From positions 11,594,001 through 11,658,000 of the forward strand of contig OZ024741.1 in assembly GCA_964016885.1 (NCBI GenBank): a DNA stretch of 64,000 nucleotides. Reading direction: 5' to 3'. Both the position numbers and the translations under genes were made by a program. The notes under the pieces were generated by a model. The model searched no databases. It was not told where the DNA came from and saw only the letters and a list, made by a program, of their open reading frames with translations. Every line of letters starts with the position of its first letter. Within the stretch, counting starts at the first letter, position 1. The DNA is from Eledone cirrhosa (lineage: Eukaryota). Positions 35,401 through 52,200 of this stretch are shown here, one piece after another.

Positions 35401-37100
35401 GAGTTACATACATACATCTACTGAGTTACATACACACACATCTACTGAGTTACATACACACACATCTACTGTGTCACATACATACATCTACTAAATTACA
35501 TACACACACATCTACTGAGTTACATACACACACATCTACTGTGTTACATACACACACATCTACTGAGTTACATACACACGCATCTACTGAGTTACATACA
35601 CACATCTACTGAATTACATACACGCACATCTACTGAGTTACATACACACACATCTACTGAGTTACATACACACACCTCTACTGAGTCACATACATACACC
35701 TACTGAATTACATACACACATCAACTGAGTTACATACACATACATCTACTGAGTTACATACACACACATCTACTGAGTTACATACACACACATCTACTGC
35801 GTTACATATACACATCCACTGAGTTACATACACGCATATCTACTGAGTTACATACCTCTACTGAGTTACGTACGCTCACGTCTACTGAGTTACATACACA
35901 CATATCTACTGAGTTGCATACACACATCTACTGAGTTACATATACATATATCTACTGTGTTACATACACACACCTCTACTGAGTTACATACATACACATC
36001 TACTGAGTTACATACACACACATCTACTGAGTTACATACACACATCTACTGAGTTACATACACACACATCTACTGAGTTACACACACACATCTACTGAGT
36101 TACATATACACACATCTGCTGTGTTACATACACACACCTCTACTGAGTCACATACATACACCTACTGAATTACATACACACACATCTACTGAGTTACATA
36201 CACACGCATCTACTGAGTTACATACACACATCTGCTGAGTTACATACACACACATCTACTGAGTTACATACACACACATCTACTGAGATAGATACACACA
36301 CATCTACTGAGTTACATACATACATCTACTGAGTTACATACACACACATCTACTGAGTTACATACACACACATCTACTGAGTTACATATACACACATCTA
36401 CTGAGTTACATATACACACATCTACTGAGTTACATACACACACCTCTACTGAGTCACATACATACACCTACTGAGTTACATACACACATCTACTGAGTTA
36501 CATACATACACATCTACTGAGTTACATACACACACATCTACTGAGTTACATACACACACATCTACAGAGTTACATACACACGCATCTACTGAGTTACATA
36601 CACACATCTGCTGAGTTACATACACACACATCTACTGAGTTACATACACACGCATCTACTGTGTTACATACATACACATCTACTGAGTTACATACACACA
36701 CATCTACTGAGTTACATACACACACATCTACTGAGTTACATATACACACATCTACTGAGTTACATACACACAAATCTACTGAGTTACATACACACACATC
36801 AACTGAGATACATACACACATGTACAGAGTTACATACACACACATCTACTGACTTTCATATACACACATCTACTGAGTTACATACACACACATCTACTGA
36901 GTTACATACACAAACATCTACTGAGTTACATACACACACATCTACTGTGTTACATACACACATCTACTGAGTCACAGACATACATCTACTGAATTACATA
37001 CACACACATCTACTGAGTTACATACACACGCATCTACTGAGTTACATACACACATCTACTGAATTACATACACGCACATCTACTGAGTTACATACAGACA
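29440..37100 (+). repeat. Mosaic of duplicated modules, main offset about 4.56 kb
   Basis: The landmark TGTACAGAG...ACTGACTTTCATATA occurs at 30109, 30601, 34667, 34995 and 36821. ORFs at 30043 and 34601 are near-identical (offset 4558). Confidence 0.7.
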
Positions 37101-37609
37101 CATCTACTGAGTTACATACACACACATCTCCTAAGTTATATAACACATCTACTGAGTTACATACACACACATCTACTGAGTTACATACAGACATATATAC
37201 TGAGTTACATACACACATCTACTGAGTTACATACACGCACATCTACTGAGTTACATACACACATCTACTGTGTTACATACACACACATCTACTGAGTTAC
37301 ATACATACATCTACTGAGTTACATACACACACATCTACTGAGTTACATACACACACATCTACTGAGTTACATATACACACATCTACTGTGTTACATACAC
37401 ACACATGTACTGAGTTACATACACACATATACTGAGTTATATACACTCACATCTACTGAGTTACATACACACATCTAGTGAGTTACATACACATATCTAC
37501 TGAGTTACATACACACACATCTACTGAGTTACATACACACACATCCACCGAGTTACATACATACACATCTACTTACTTACATACACACACATCTACTGAG
37601 TTAAATACA

Positions 37610-39470
37610 CACACATCTACTGAGTTACATATACACACATCCACTGAGTTACATACACACACCTCTACTGAGTGACATACACACATCTGCTGAGTTACAT
37701 ACACACACATCTACTGAGTTACATACATACACCTACTGAGCTACATACACACACATCTACTGAGTTACATACACACACATCTACTGAGTTACATACACCG
37801 ACATCTACTGTGTTACATATACACACATCTACTGAGTTACATACACACACCTATACTGAGTGACATACACACATCTGCTGAGTTACATACACGCACATCT
37901 ACTGAGTTACATACATACACCTACTGAGCTACATACACACACATCTACTGAGTTACATACACACACATCTACTGAGTTACATACACCGACATCTACTGTG
38001 TTACATATAAACACATCTACTGAGTTACATACACACAAATCTACTGAGTTACACACACACACATCTAATGAGTTACATACACGCACATCTACTGAGTTAC
38101 ATACATACATCTACTGAGTTACATACATACACATCTACTGAGTTATATAAAGACACATCTTCTGTGTTACATAGAGACACATCTACTGAGTTACATACAT
38201 ACCTCTACTGAGTTACATACACACACCATCTACTGAGTTACATACACACACATCAACTGAGATACATACACACATCTACAGAGTTACATACACACACATC
38301 TACTGAGTTACATATACACACATCCACTGAGTTACATACACACACCTCTACTGAGTGACATACACACATCTGCTGAGTTACATACACACACATCTACTGA
38401 GTTACATACATACACCTACTGAGCTACATACACACACATCTACTGAGTTACATACACACACATCTACTGAGTTACATACACCGACATCTACTGTGTTACA
38501 TATACACACATCTATTGAGTTACATACACACACCTATACTGAGTGACATACACACATCTGCTGAGTTACATACACGCACATCTACTGAGTTACATACATA
38601 CACATACTGAGCTACATACACACACATCTACTGAGTTACATACACACACATCTACTGAGTTACATACACCGACATCTACTGTGTTACATATAAACACATC
38701 TACTGAGTTACATACACACAAATCTACTGAGTTACACACACACACATCTAATGAGTTACATACACGCACATATACTGAGTTACATACATACATCTACTGA
38801 GTTACATACATACACATCTACTGAGTTATATAAAGACACATCTTCTGTGTTACATAGAGACACATCTACTGAGTTACATACATACCTCTACTGAGTTACA
38901 TACACACACCATCTACTGAGTTACATACACACACATCAACTGAGATACATACACACATCTACAGAGTTACATACAGACACATCTAGTGAGTTACATATAC
39001 ACACATCCACTGAGTTACATACACACACCTCTACTGAGTGACATAAACACATCTGCTGAGTTACATACACGCACATCTACTGAGTTACATACATACACCT
39101 ACTGAGCTACATACACACACATCTACTGAGTTACATACACACACACCTACTGAGTTACATACACCGACATCTACTGTGTTACATATACACACATCTACTG
39201 AGTTACATACACAGAAATCTACTGAGTTACATACACACACATCTAATGAGTTACATACACGCACATCTACTGAGTTACATACATACACATCTACTGAGTT
39301 ATATAAACACACATCTTCTGAGTTACATAGAGACACATCTACTGAGTTACATACATACCTCTACTGAGTTACATACACACACATCTACTGAGATACATAC
39401 ACACATCTGCAGAGTTACATACAGACACATCTACTGAGTTACATATACACATCTACTCAGCTACATACAC
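37610..39470 (+). repeat. Nested higher-order repeat: 683-bp unit containing a 188-bp internal duplication, plus a third copy lacking one 188-bp subunit
   Basis: CCGACATC occurs at 37798, 37986, 38481, 38669 and 39164 (spacings 188, 495, 188, 495). ORF pairs 37672/38355 and 37860/38543 are each offset by 683. Confidence 0.88.
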
Positions 39471-40329
39471 ACACATCTACTGAGTTACAGACACACATCT
39501 ACTGAGTTACATACACACATCTACTGAGTTACATACACACACATCTACTGAGTTACATACACACATCTACTGAGTTACATACACACATATCTACTGAGTT
39601 ACATATACACATATCTACCGAGTTACATACACATATCTACTGAGTTACATACACACACACACAACTACTGAGTTCCATGCACACTACTACTGAGTTACAT
39701 ACACACACATCTACTGAGTTACATACACATATCTACTGAGTTACATACACACACAACTACTGAGTTACATGCACACATCTACTGAGTTACATACACACAT
39801 ATCTACTGAGTTACATACACACCTCTACTTAGTTACATACACACATCTACTGAGTTGCATACATACACATCTACTGAGTTACATACACTCACATCTACTG
39901 AGTTACATACACTCACATCTACTGAGTTACATACACACACATCTACTGAGTCACATACATACATCTACTAAATTACATACACACACACATACTGAGTTAC
40001 ATACACACGCATCTACTGAGTTACATACACACTACTGCTGAGTTACATACACACACATCCACTGAGTTACATACACACACATCTACTGAGTTACATACAC
40101 ACACATCTACTGTGTTACATACAAACACATCTACTGAGTTACATACACACATCTACTGAGTTACATACATACATCAACTGAGTTACATACACGCACATCT
40201 ACTGAGTTACATACATACATCTACTGAGGTACATACACACACATCTACTGAGTTACATACATACATCAACTGAGTTACATACATGCATCAACTGAGTTTC
40301 ATACACACAATCTACGGAGTTACATACAC

Positions 40330-43300
40330 ACACATCTACTGAGTTACATACATACACCTACTGAGCTACATACACACACATCTACTGAGTTACATACACA
40401 CACATCTACTGAGTTACATACACACACATCTACTGTGTTACATATACACACATCTATTGAGTTACATACACACACATCAACTGAGATACATACACACAAC
40501 TACAGAGTTACATACACACACATTTACTGACATACATGTACACATCTACTAAGTTACATACACACACATCCACTGAGTTACATACACACACATCTACTGA
40601 GTTACATACCAACACATCTACTGAGTTACATATACACACATCCACTGAGTTACATACACACACCTCTACTGAGTTACATACACACATCTACTGAGTAACA
40701 TACACGCACATCTACTGAGTTACATACATACACCTACTGAGCTACATACACACACATCTACTGAGTTACATACACACACATCTACTGAGTTACATACACA
40801 CACATCTACTGAGTTACATACACACACATCTACTGAGTAACATACACACAAAACTACTGAATTACATATACACACATCAACTGATATACATACACACTTC
40901 TACAGAGTTACATACACACACATCTACTGAGTTACATACACACACATCTACTGAGTTACATACACACACATCTACTGAGTTACATACACACATCTACCGA
41001 GTTACATACACACACATCTACTGAGTTATATACATACATCTACTGAGTTACATACACACACATCTACTGTGTTACATACACACACACATCTACTGCGTTA
41101 CATACATACATCTACTGAGTTACACACACACACATCTACTGAGTTACATACACACATCTACTGAGTTACATACACACACATCTACTGAGTTACATACACA
41201 CACATCTACTGAGTTACATACACACCTCTACGGAGTTACATACACACATATCTACTGAGTTACATATACACATATCTACCGAGTTACATACACATATCTA
41301 CTGAGTTACATACACACACACAACTACTGAGTTCCATGCACACTACTACTGACTTACATACACTCACATCTACTGAGTTACATACACACACATCTGCTGA
41401 GTCACATACATACATCTACTGAATTACATACACACACATCTACTGAGTTACATACACACAAATCTACTAAGTTACATACCAACATTTACTGAGTTACATA
41501 CAGACATATCTACTGCGTTACATACACACACACAACTACTGAGTTACATATACACACATCTACCAAGTTACATACACATATCTACTGAGTTACAAACACA
41601 CACACAACTATTGAGTTACATGCACACATCTACTCAGTTACATATACTCACATCTACTGAGTTACATACACTCACATCTACTGAGTTACATACACACACA
41701 TCTACTGAGTTACATACACACACATCTACTGAGTTACATACACACACATCTACTGTGTTACATACAAACACATCTACTGAGTTACATACACACATCTACT
41801 GAGTTACATACATACATCTACTGAGTTACATACATACATCAACTGAGTTACATACACACAATCTAGTGAGTTACATACACACACATTTACTGAGTTACAT
41901 ACACACACATCTACTGAGTTACATACACACACATCTACTGAGTTACATACACACAAAACTACTGATTTACATACACACACATCAACTGATATACATACAC
42001 ACTTCTACAGAGTTACATACACACACATCTACTGAGTTACATACACACACATCTACTGAGTTACATACACACACATCTACTGAGTTACATACACACATCT
42101 ACCGAGTTACATACACACACATCTACTGAGTTATATACATACATCTACTGAGATACATACACACACATCTACTGTGTTACATACACACATCTACTGAGTT
42201 ACATACAGACACATCTACTGAGTTACATACACACACATCTACTGAGTTACATACACACACATCTACTGAGTAACATACACACACATCTACTGTGTTACAT
42301 ACACACACATCGACTGAGACACATACATACATCTACTGAATTACATACACACACATCTACTGAGTTACATACACACGCATCTACTGAGTTACATACACAC
42401 ATCTACTGAATTACATACACGCACATCTACTGAGTTACATACACACACATCTACTGAGTTACATACACACACATCTCCTAAGTTATATACACACATCTAT
42501 TGAGTTACATACACACACATCTACTGAGTTACATACAAACATCTACTGAGTTACATACACACATCTACTGAGTTACATAAACACGCATCTACTGAGTTAC
42601 ATACACATATCTACTGAGTTACATACACACACATCCACTGAGTTACATACACACACATCTACTGAGTTACATACACACACATCTACTGAGTTACATACAC
42701 ACATCTACTGAGTAACATACACGCACATCTACTGAGTTACATACATACACCTACTGAGCTACATACACACACATCTACTGAGTTACATACACACACATCT
42801 ACTGAGTTACATACACACACATCTACTGAATTACATACACACACATCTACTGAGTAACATACACACAAAATTACTGATTTACATACACACACATCAACTG
42901 ATATACATACACATTTCTGCAGAGTTACATACACACACATATACTGAGTTACATACACACACATCTACTGAGTTACATACACACACATCTACTGAGTTAC
43001 ATACAAACATCTACCGAGTTACATACACACACATCTATTGAGTTATATACATACATCTACTGAGTTACATACACACACATCTACTGTGTTACATACACAC
43101 ACACATCTACTGCGTTACATACCTACATCTACTGAGTTACATACACACACATCTACTGAGTTACATACACACATCTACTGAGTTACATACACACACATCT
43201 ACTGAGTTACATACACACACATCTACTGAGTTACATACACACCTCTACGGAGTTACATACACACATATCTACTGAGTTACATATACACATATCTACCGAG

Positions 43301-46300
43301 TTACATACACATATCTACTGAGTTACATACATGCACAGAACTACTGAGTTCCATGCACACTACTACTGAGTTACATACACTCACATCTACTGAGTTACAT
43401 ACACTCACATCTACTGAGTTACATACACACACATCTGCTGAGTCACATACATACATCTACTGAATTACATACACACACATCTACTGAGTTACATACACAC
43501 AAATCTACTTAGTTACATACACACATTTACCGAGTTACATACAGACATCTCTACTGCGTTACATACACACACACAACTATTGAGTTACATGCACACATCT
43601 ACTCAGTTACATACACTCACATCTACTGAGTTACATACACTCACATCTACTGAGTTACATACACTCACATCTACTGAGTTACATACACACACATCTACTG
43701 AGTTACATACACACACATCTACTGAGTTACATACACACACATCTACTGTGTTAGATACAAACACATCTACTGAGTTACATACACACATCTACTGAGTTAC
43801 ATACATACATCAACTGAGTTACATACACGCACATCTACTGAGTTACATACATACATCTAATGAGTTACATACACACACATCTACTGAGTTACATACATAC
43901 ATCAACTGAGTTACATACATACATCAACTGAGTAACATACACGCACATCTACTGAGTTACATACATACAGCTACTGAGCTACATACACACACATCTACTG
44001 AGTTACATACACACACATCTACTGAGTTACATACACACACATCTACTGAGTTACATACACACACATCTACTGAGTTACATACAAACACATCTACTGAGTT
44101 ACATACACACATCTACTGAGTTACATACATACATCAACTGAGTTACATACACGCACATCTACTGAGTTACATACACACACATCTACTGAGTTACATACAC
44201 ACACATCTACTGAGTTACATACACACAAAACTACTGATTTACATACACACACATCAACTGATATACATACACACTTCTACAGAGTTACATACACACACAT
44301 CTACTGAGTTACATACACACACATCTACTGTGTTACATACAAACACATCTACTGAGTTACATACACACATCTACTGAGTTACATACATACATCAACTGAG
44401 TTACATACACGCACATCTACTGAGTTACATACATACATCTACTGAGTTACATACACACACATCTACTGAGTTACATACATACACCTACTGAGCTACATAC
44501 ACACACATCTACTGAGTTACATACACACACATCTACTGAGTTACATACACACACATCTACTGAGTTACATACACACACATCTACTGAGTTACATACACAC
44601 ACATCTACTGAGTTACATACACACAAAACTACTGATTTACATACACACACATCAACTGATATACATACACACTTCTACAGAGTTACATACACACACATCT
44701 ACTGAGTTACATACACACACATCTACTGTGTTACATACAAACACATCTACTGAGTTACATACACACATCTACTGAGTTACATACATACATCAACTGAGTT
44801 ACATACACGCACATCTACTGAGTTACATACATACATCTACTGAGTTACATACACACACATCTACTGAGTTACATACATACACCTACTGAGCTACATACAC
44901 ACACATCTACTGAGTTACATACACACACATCTACTGAGTTACATACACACACATATACTGAGTTACATACACACACATCTACTGCGTTACATACACACAT
45001 CTACCGAGTTACATACACACACATCTACTGAGTTACATACACACATCTACCGAGTTACATACACAGACATCTACTGAGTTGTATACATACATCTACTGAG
45101 TTACATACACACACATCTACTGTGTTACATACACACACACATCTACTGCGTTACATACCTACATCTACTGAGTTACATACACACACATCTACTGAGTTAC
45201 ATACACACATCTACTGAGTTACATACACACACATCTACTGAGTTACATACACACACATCTACTGAGTTACATACACACCTCTACGGAGTTACATACACAC
45301 ATATCTACTGAGTTACATATACACATATCTACCGAGTTACATACACATATCTACTGAGTTACATACACACACACAACTACTGAGTTCCATGCACACTACT
45401 ACTGAGTTACATACACTCACATCTACTGAGTTACATACACTCACATCTACTGAGTTACATACACACACATCTGCTGAGTCACATACATACATCTACTGAA
45501 TTACATACACACACATCTACTGAGTTACATACACACATTTACTGAGTTACATACAGACATATCTACTGCGTTACATACACACACACAACTACTGAGTTAC
45601 ATATACACACATCTACCAAGTTACATACACATATCTACTGAGTTACAAACACACACACAACTATTGAGTTACATGCACACATCTACTCAGTTACATACAC
45701 TCACATCTACCGAGTTACATACACACACATCTACTGGGTTACATACACACATCTACCGAGTTACATACACACACATCTACTGAGTTATATACATACATCT
45801 ACTGAGTTACATACACACACATCTACTGTGTTACATACACACACACATCTACTGCTTTACATACCTACATCTACTGAGTTACATACACACACATCTACTG
45901 AGTTACATACAAACATCTACTGAGTTACATACACACACATCTACTGAGTTACATACACACACATCTACTGAGTTACATACACACCTCTACGGAGTTACAT
46001 ACACACATATCTACTGAGTTACATATACACATATCTACCGAGTTACATACACACACATCTACTGAGTTACATACACACACATCTACTGAGTTACATACAC
46101 ACACATCTACTGAGTTACATACACACAAAACTACTGATTTACATACACACACATCAACTGATATACATACACACTTCTACGGAGTTAGATACACACACAT
46201 CTACTGAGTTACATACACACACATCTACTGAGTTACATACACACACATCTACTGAGTTACATACACACATATACCGAGTTACATACACACACATCTACTG

Positions 46301-46700
46301 AGTTATATACATACATCTACTGAGTTACATACACACACATCTACTGTGTTACATACACACACACATCTACTGCGTTACATACCTACATCTACTGAGTTAC
46401 ATACACACACATCTACTGAGTTACATACACACATCTACTGAGTTACATACACACACATCTACTGAGTTACATACACACACATCTACTGAGTTACATACAC
46501 ACACATCTACTGAGTTACATACACACCTCTACTGAGTTACATACACACACATCTACTGAGTTACATACACATATCTACTGAGTTACATACACACACACAA
46601 CTACTGAGTTCCATGCACACTACTACTGAGTTACATACACTCACATCTACTGAGTTACATACACACACATCTACTGAGTCACATACATACATCTACTGAA
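40330..46700 (+). repeat. Irregular higher-order repeat domain with a period of about 2.0 kb
   Basis: TTCCATGCAC occurs at 41332/43349/45385 (spacings 2017, 2036). AACTGATATACATACAC occurs at 40879/42896 (offset 2017) and 44256/44654 (offset 398). Confidence 0.7.
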
Positions 46701-49274
46701 TTACATACACACACATCTGGTGAGTCACATACACACACATCTACTGAGTTACATACACACATCTGCTGAGTTACATACACACACATCTACTGAGTTACAT
46801 ACACACACATGCACTGAGTTACATACATACACATCTACTTAGTTACATACACACACATCTACTGAGTTACATACACACACATCTACTCAGTTACATATAC
46901 ACACATCCACTGAGTTACATACACACACCTCTACTGAGTTACATACACACATCTACTGAGTTACATACACGCACATCTACTGAGTTACATACACACACAT
47001 CTACTGAGTTACATACACACACATCTACTGTGTTACATATACACACATCTACTGAGTAACATACACACAAATCTACTGTGTTACACACACACACATCAAC
47101 TGAGATACATACACACATCTACAGAGTTACATACACACACATCTACTGACTTACATGTACACACATCTACTGAGTTACATACACACACATCTACTGAGTT
47201 ACATACACACATCTACTGAGTTACGTACACACATACAACTATTGAGTTACATATACACATATCTACTTAGATACATGCACACATCTACTGAGTTACATAC
47301 ATATACTTCTACTGAGTTACATACACTCACATCTACTGAGTTACATACACTCACATCAACTGAGTTACATACACACATATCTACTGAGTTTCATACACAC
47401 ACATCTACTGAGTTACATACACACACATCTACTGTGTCACATACACACACATCTACTGAGTTACAAACATACATCTACTGAATTACATACACACAGATCT
47501 ACTTAGATACATACATATATCTACTGAGTTACAAACACACACACAACTATTGAGTTACATGCACACATCTACTCAGTTACATACACTCACATCTACCGAG
47601 TTACATACACACACATCTACTGAGTTACATACTCACACATCTACTGAATTACATATACACACATCTACTGAGATACATACACACATCTACAGAGTTACAT
47701 ACACACACATCTACTGAGTTACATACACACACATCTACTTAGTTACATACACACATTTACTGAGTTACATACACTCACATCTACTCAGTTACATACACTC
47801 ACATCTACTGAGTTACATACACACACATCTACTGAGTTACATACACACACATCTACTGAGTTACATACACACACATCTACTGTGTTACATACACACACAT
47901 CTACTGAGTTACATACACACACATCTACTGAGTTACAAACACACACACAACTATTGAGTTACATGCACACATCTACTGAGTTACATACACTCATATCTAC
48001 TGAGTTACATACACTCACATCTACTGAGTTACATACACTCACATCTACTGAGTTACATACACACACATCTTCTGAGTTACATACACACACATCTACTGAG
48101 TTACATACACACCCATCTACTGTGTTACTTACACACACATCTACTGAGTTACATACACACATCTACTGAGTTACATACATACATCAACTGAGTTACATAC
48201 ACACACATCTACTGAGTTACATACATACATCAACTGAGTTACATACATACATCAACTGATATACATACACACTTCTACAGAGTTACATACACACACATCT
48301 ACTGAGTTACATACACACACATCTACTGAGTTACATACACACACATCTACTGAGTTACATACACACATCTACCGAGTTACATACACACACATCTACTGAG
48401 TTACATACACACATCTACCGAGTTACATACACACACATCTACTGAGTTACATACACTCACATTTACTGAGTTACATACACACACATCTACTGAGTCACAT
48501 ACATACATCTACTAAGTTACATACACGCATATCTACAGAGTCACATACATAGATCTACTGAGTTATATACACACACATCTACTGAGTTACATACACACAC
48601 ATCTACTGAGTTACATACACACCTGTACTGAGTTACATACACACATATCTACTGAGTTACATACACACACATTTTCTGAATTACATATACACACATCTAC
48701 TGAGTTACATACCTACATATACTGAGTTACATACACACATCTACAGAGTTACATACACACACATCTACTGTGTTACATACACACACACCTACTGAGTTAC
48801 ATACACACATCTACAGATTTCCATACACTCACATCTACTGAGTTACATACACACACATCTACTGAGTTACATATACACGCACATCTACTGAGTTACATAC
48901 ACTCACATCTACTGAGTTAAATACACACATATCTACTGAGTTACATATACACACATCTACCGAGTTACATACACATATCTACTGAGGTACATACACACAC
49001 ACAACTACTGAGTTACATGCACACATCTACTGAGTTACATTCACTCACATCTACTGAGTTACATACACTCACATCTACTGAGTCACATACATACATCTAC
49101 TAAATTACATACGCACACATCTACTGAGTTACATACACACGCATCTACTGAGTTACATACACACACCTACTGAGTTACATACACGCATATCTACAGAGTC
49201 ACATACATAGATCTACTGAGTTACATACACACAAAACTATTGAGTTACATACACACACATCAACTGAGATACAT

Positions 49275-52200
49275 ACACACATCTACAGAGTTACATACAC
49301 ACACATCTACTGAGTTACATACACACACATCTACTGGGTTACATACACACATCTACTGAGTTACATACACACAGATCTAGTGAGTTACATACATACATCT
49401 ACTGAGTTACATACACACACATCTACTATGTTACATACACACACACATCTACTGAGTTACATACACACACATCTACTGAGTTACATACACACATTTACTG
49501 AGTTACATACACACACATCTACTGTGTTACTTACACACACGTCTATTGAGTTACATACAAACATCTACAGAGTTACATACACTCACATCTACTGAGTTAC
49601 ATACACACATCTACAGAGTTGCATACACACACATCTACCGAGTTACATACACATATCTACTGAGGTACATACACACACACAACTACTGAGTTACATGCAC
49701 ACATCTACTGAGTTACATGCACACATCTACTGAGTTACATACACTCACATCTACTGAGTTACATACACACGCATCTACTGAGTTACATACACACATCTGC
49801 TGAGTTACATACACACACATCTACTGAGTTACATACACACATCTACTTAGTTACATACACACATCTACTGAGTTACATACACACACATCCACTGAGTTAC
49901 ATACATACACATCTACTTAGTTACATACACACACATCTACTGATTTACATACACACATCTACTGAGTTACATATACACACATCTACTGAGATACATAAAC
50001 ACATCTACAGAGTTACATACACACATCTACTTACTTACATACACACACATCTACTAAGTTACATACACACATCTACTGAGTTACATATACACACATCAAC
50101 GGAGATACATAAACACATCTACAGAGTTACATACACACACATCTACTGAGTTACATACACTCAGATCTACTGAGTTACATACACACACATCTACTGAGTT
50201 ACATACACACATCTACTTAGTTACATATATACATCAACTGAGTTACATACACGCACATCTACTGAGTTACATACATACATCTACTGAGTTACATACACAC
50301 ACATCTACTGAGTTACATACACACATCTACTGAGTTACATACACACACATCTACTGTGTTACATACACACACACCTACTGAGTTACATACACACATCTAC
50401 AGAGTTACATACACTCACATCTACTGAGTCACATACACACACACGTTTACTGAGTTACATATACACGCACATCAAATGAGTTACATACACACACATCCAC
50501 TGAGTTTCATATACACACATCTACTGAGCTACATACACACATCTACTGTGTTACATACACACATATATACTGAGTTACATATACACACATATACTGAGTT
50601 ACATACACACACGTCTACTGAGTTACATACACACACATCTACTGAGTTACATATACACAAAAACTGAGTTGCATACACACACTACTGAGTTCCATACACA
50701 CATATATACTAAGTTACATACACACACAAATACTTAGTTACATATGCACAAAAACTGAGTTACGTACACACAAAAACTGAGTTACGTACACACATATCTA
50801 CTGAGTTACATACACACATATCTACTGAGTTACATACACACATCTACTGAGATATATACACATGTCTACTGAGTTACATACACACACATCTACTGAGTTA
50901 CATACACACATCTACTGAATTTACATACACACACATCAACTGAGTTACATACACACATATCTACTGAGTGACATATACACACATCTACTGAGTTACATGC
51001 ACACACATCTACTGAGTTACATACATACACATCTACTGAGTTACATACACACACATCTACTGAGTTATATACATACATCTACTGTGTTACATACACACAT
51101 ATATACTGAGTTACATATACACACATCTACTGAGTTACATACACACATCTACGGAGTTACATACACACACATCTACTGAGTTACATACACACACATCTAC
51201 CGAGTTACATACACAGATTCACTGAGTTACATACACACATCTACTGAGTTACATACACACATCTAATGAGTTACATACACACATATCTACTCAGTTACAT
51301 ACACACATCTACTGATTTACAAACACACACATCTACTGAGTTACATATGCACACACATCTACTGAGTTTCATAGACACACATCTACTGAGTTACATACAC
51401 ACATCTACTGAGTTACATACACACATCTACTGAGTTACATACACACATCTACTGAGTTACATACACACACATCTACGAAGTTACATACACACACATCTAC
51501 TGAGTTACATACACACACATGTACTGAGTCACATACACACACATCTACTGAGTTACATACACACATCTAGTGTGTTACATACACACATGTCTACTGAGTT
51601 ACATATACACACATCTACTGAGTTACATACAAACACATCTACTGAATTACATACACACACATCTACTGAGTCACATACACACACATCTACTGAGTTACAT
51701 ACAAACATCTACTGTGTTACATAGACACATATATACTGAGTTACATATACACACATATACTGTGTTACATACACACACCTACCGAGATACATACACACAC
51801 ATCTACTGAGTTACATACACACATATCTACTGAGTTACATACATACACCTCTACTGAGTTACATACACACACATCTACTGAGTTACATACACACACATCT
51901 ACTGAGTTATATACATACATCTACTGTGTTACATACACACATATATACTGAGTTACATATACACACATCTACTGAGTTACATACACACATCTACGGAGTT
52001 ACATACACACACATCTACTGAGTTACATACACACACATCTACCGAGTTACATACACAGATTCACTGAGTTACATACACACATCTACTGAGTTACATACAC
52101 ACATCTAATGAGTTACATACACACATATCTACTCAGTTACATACACACATCTACTGATTTACAAACACACACATCTACTGAGTTACATATGCACACACAT

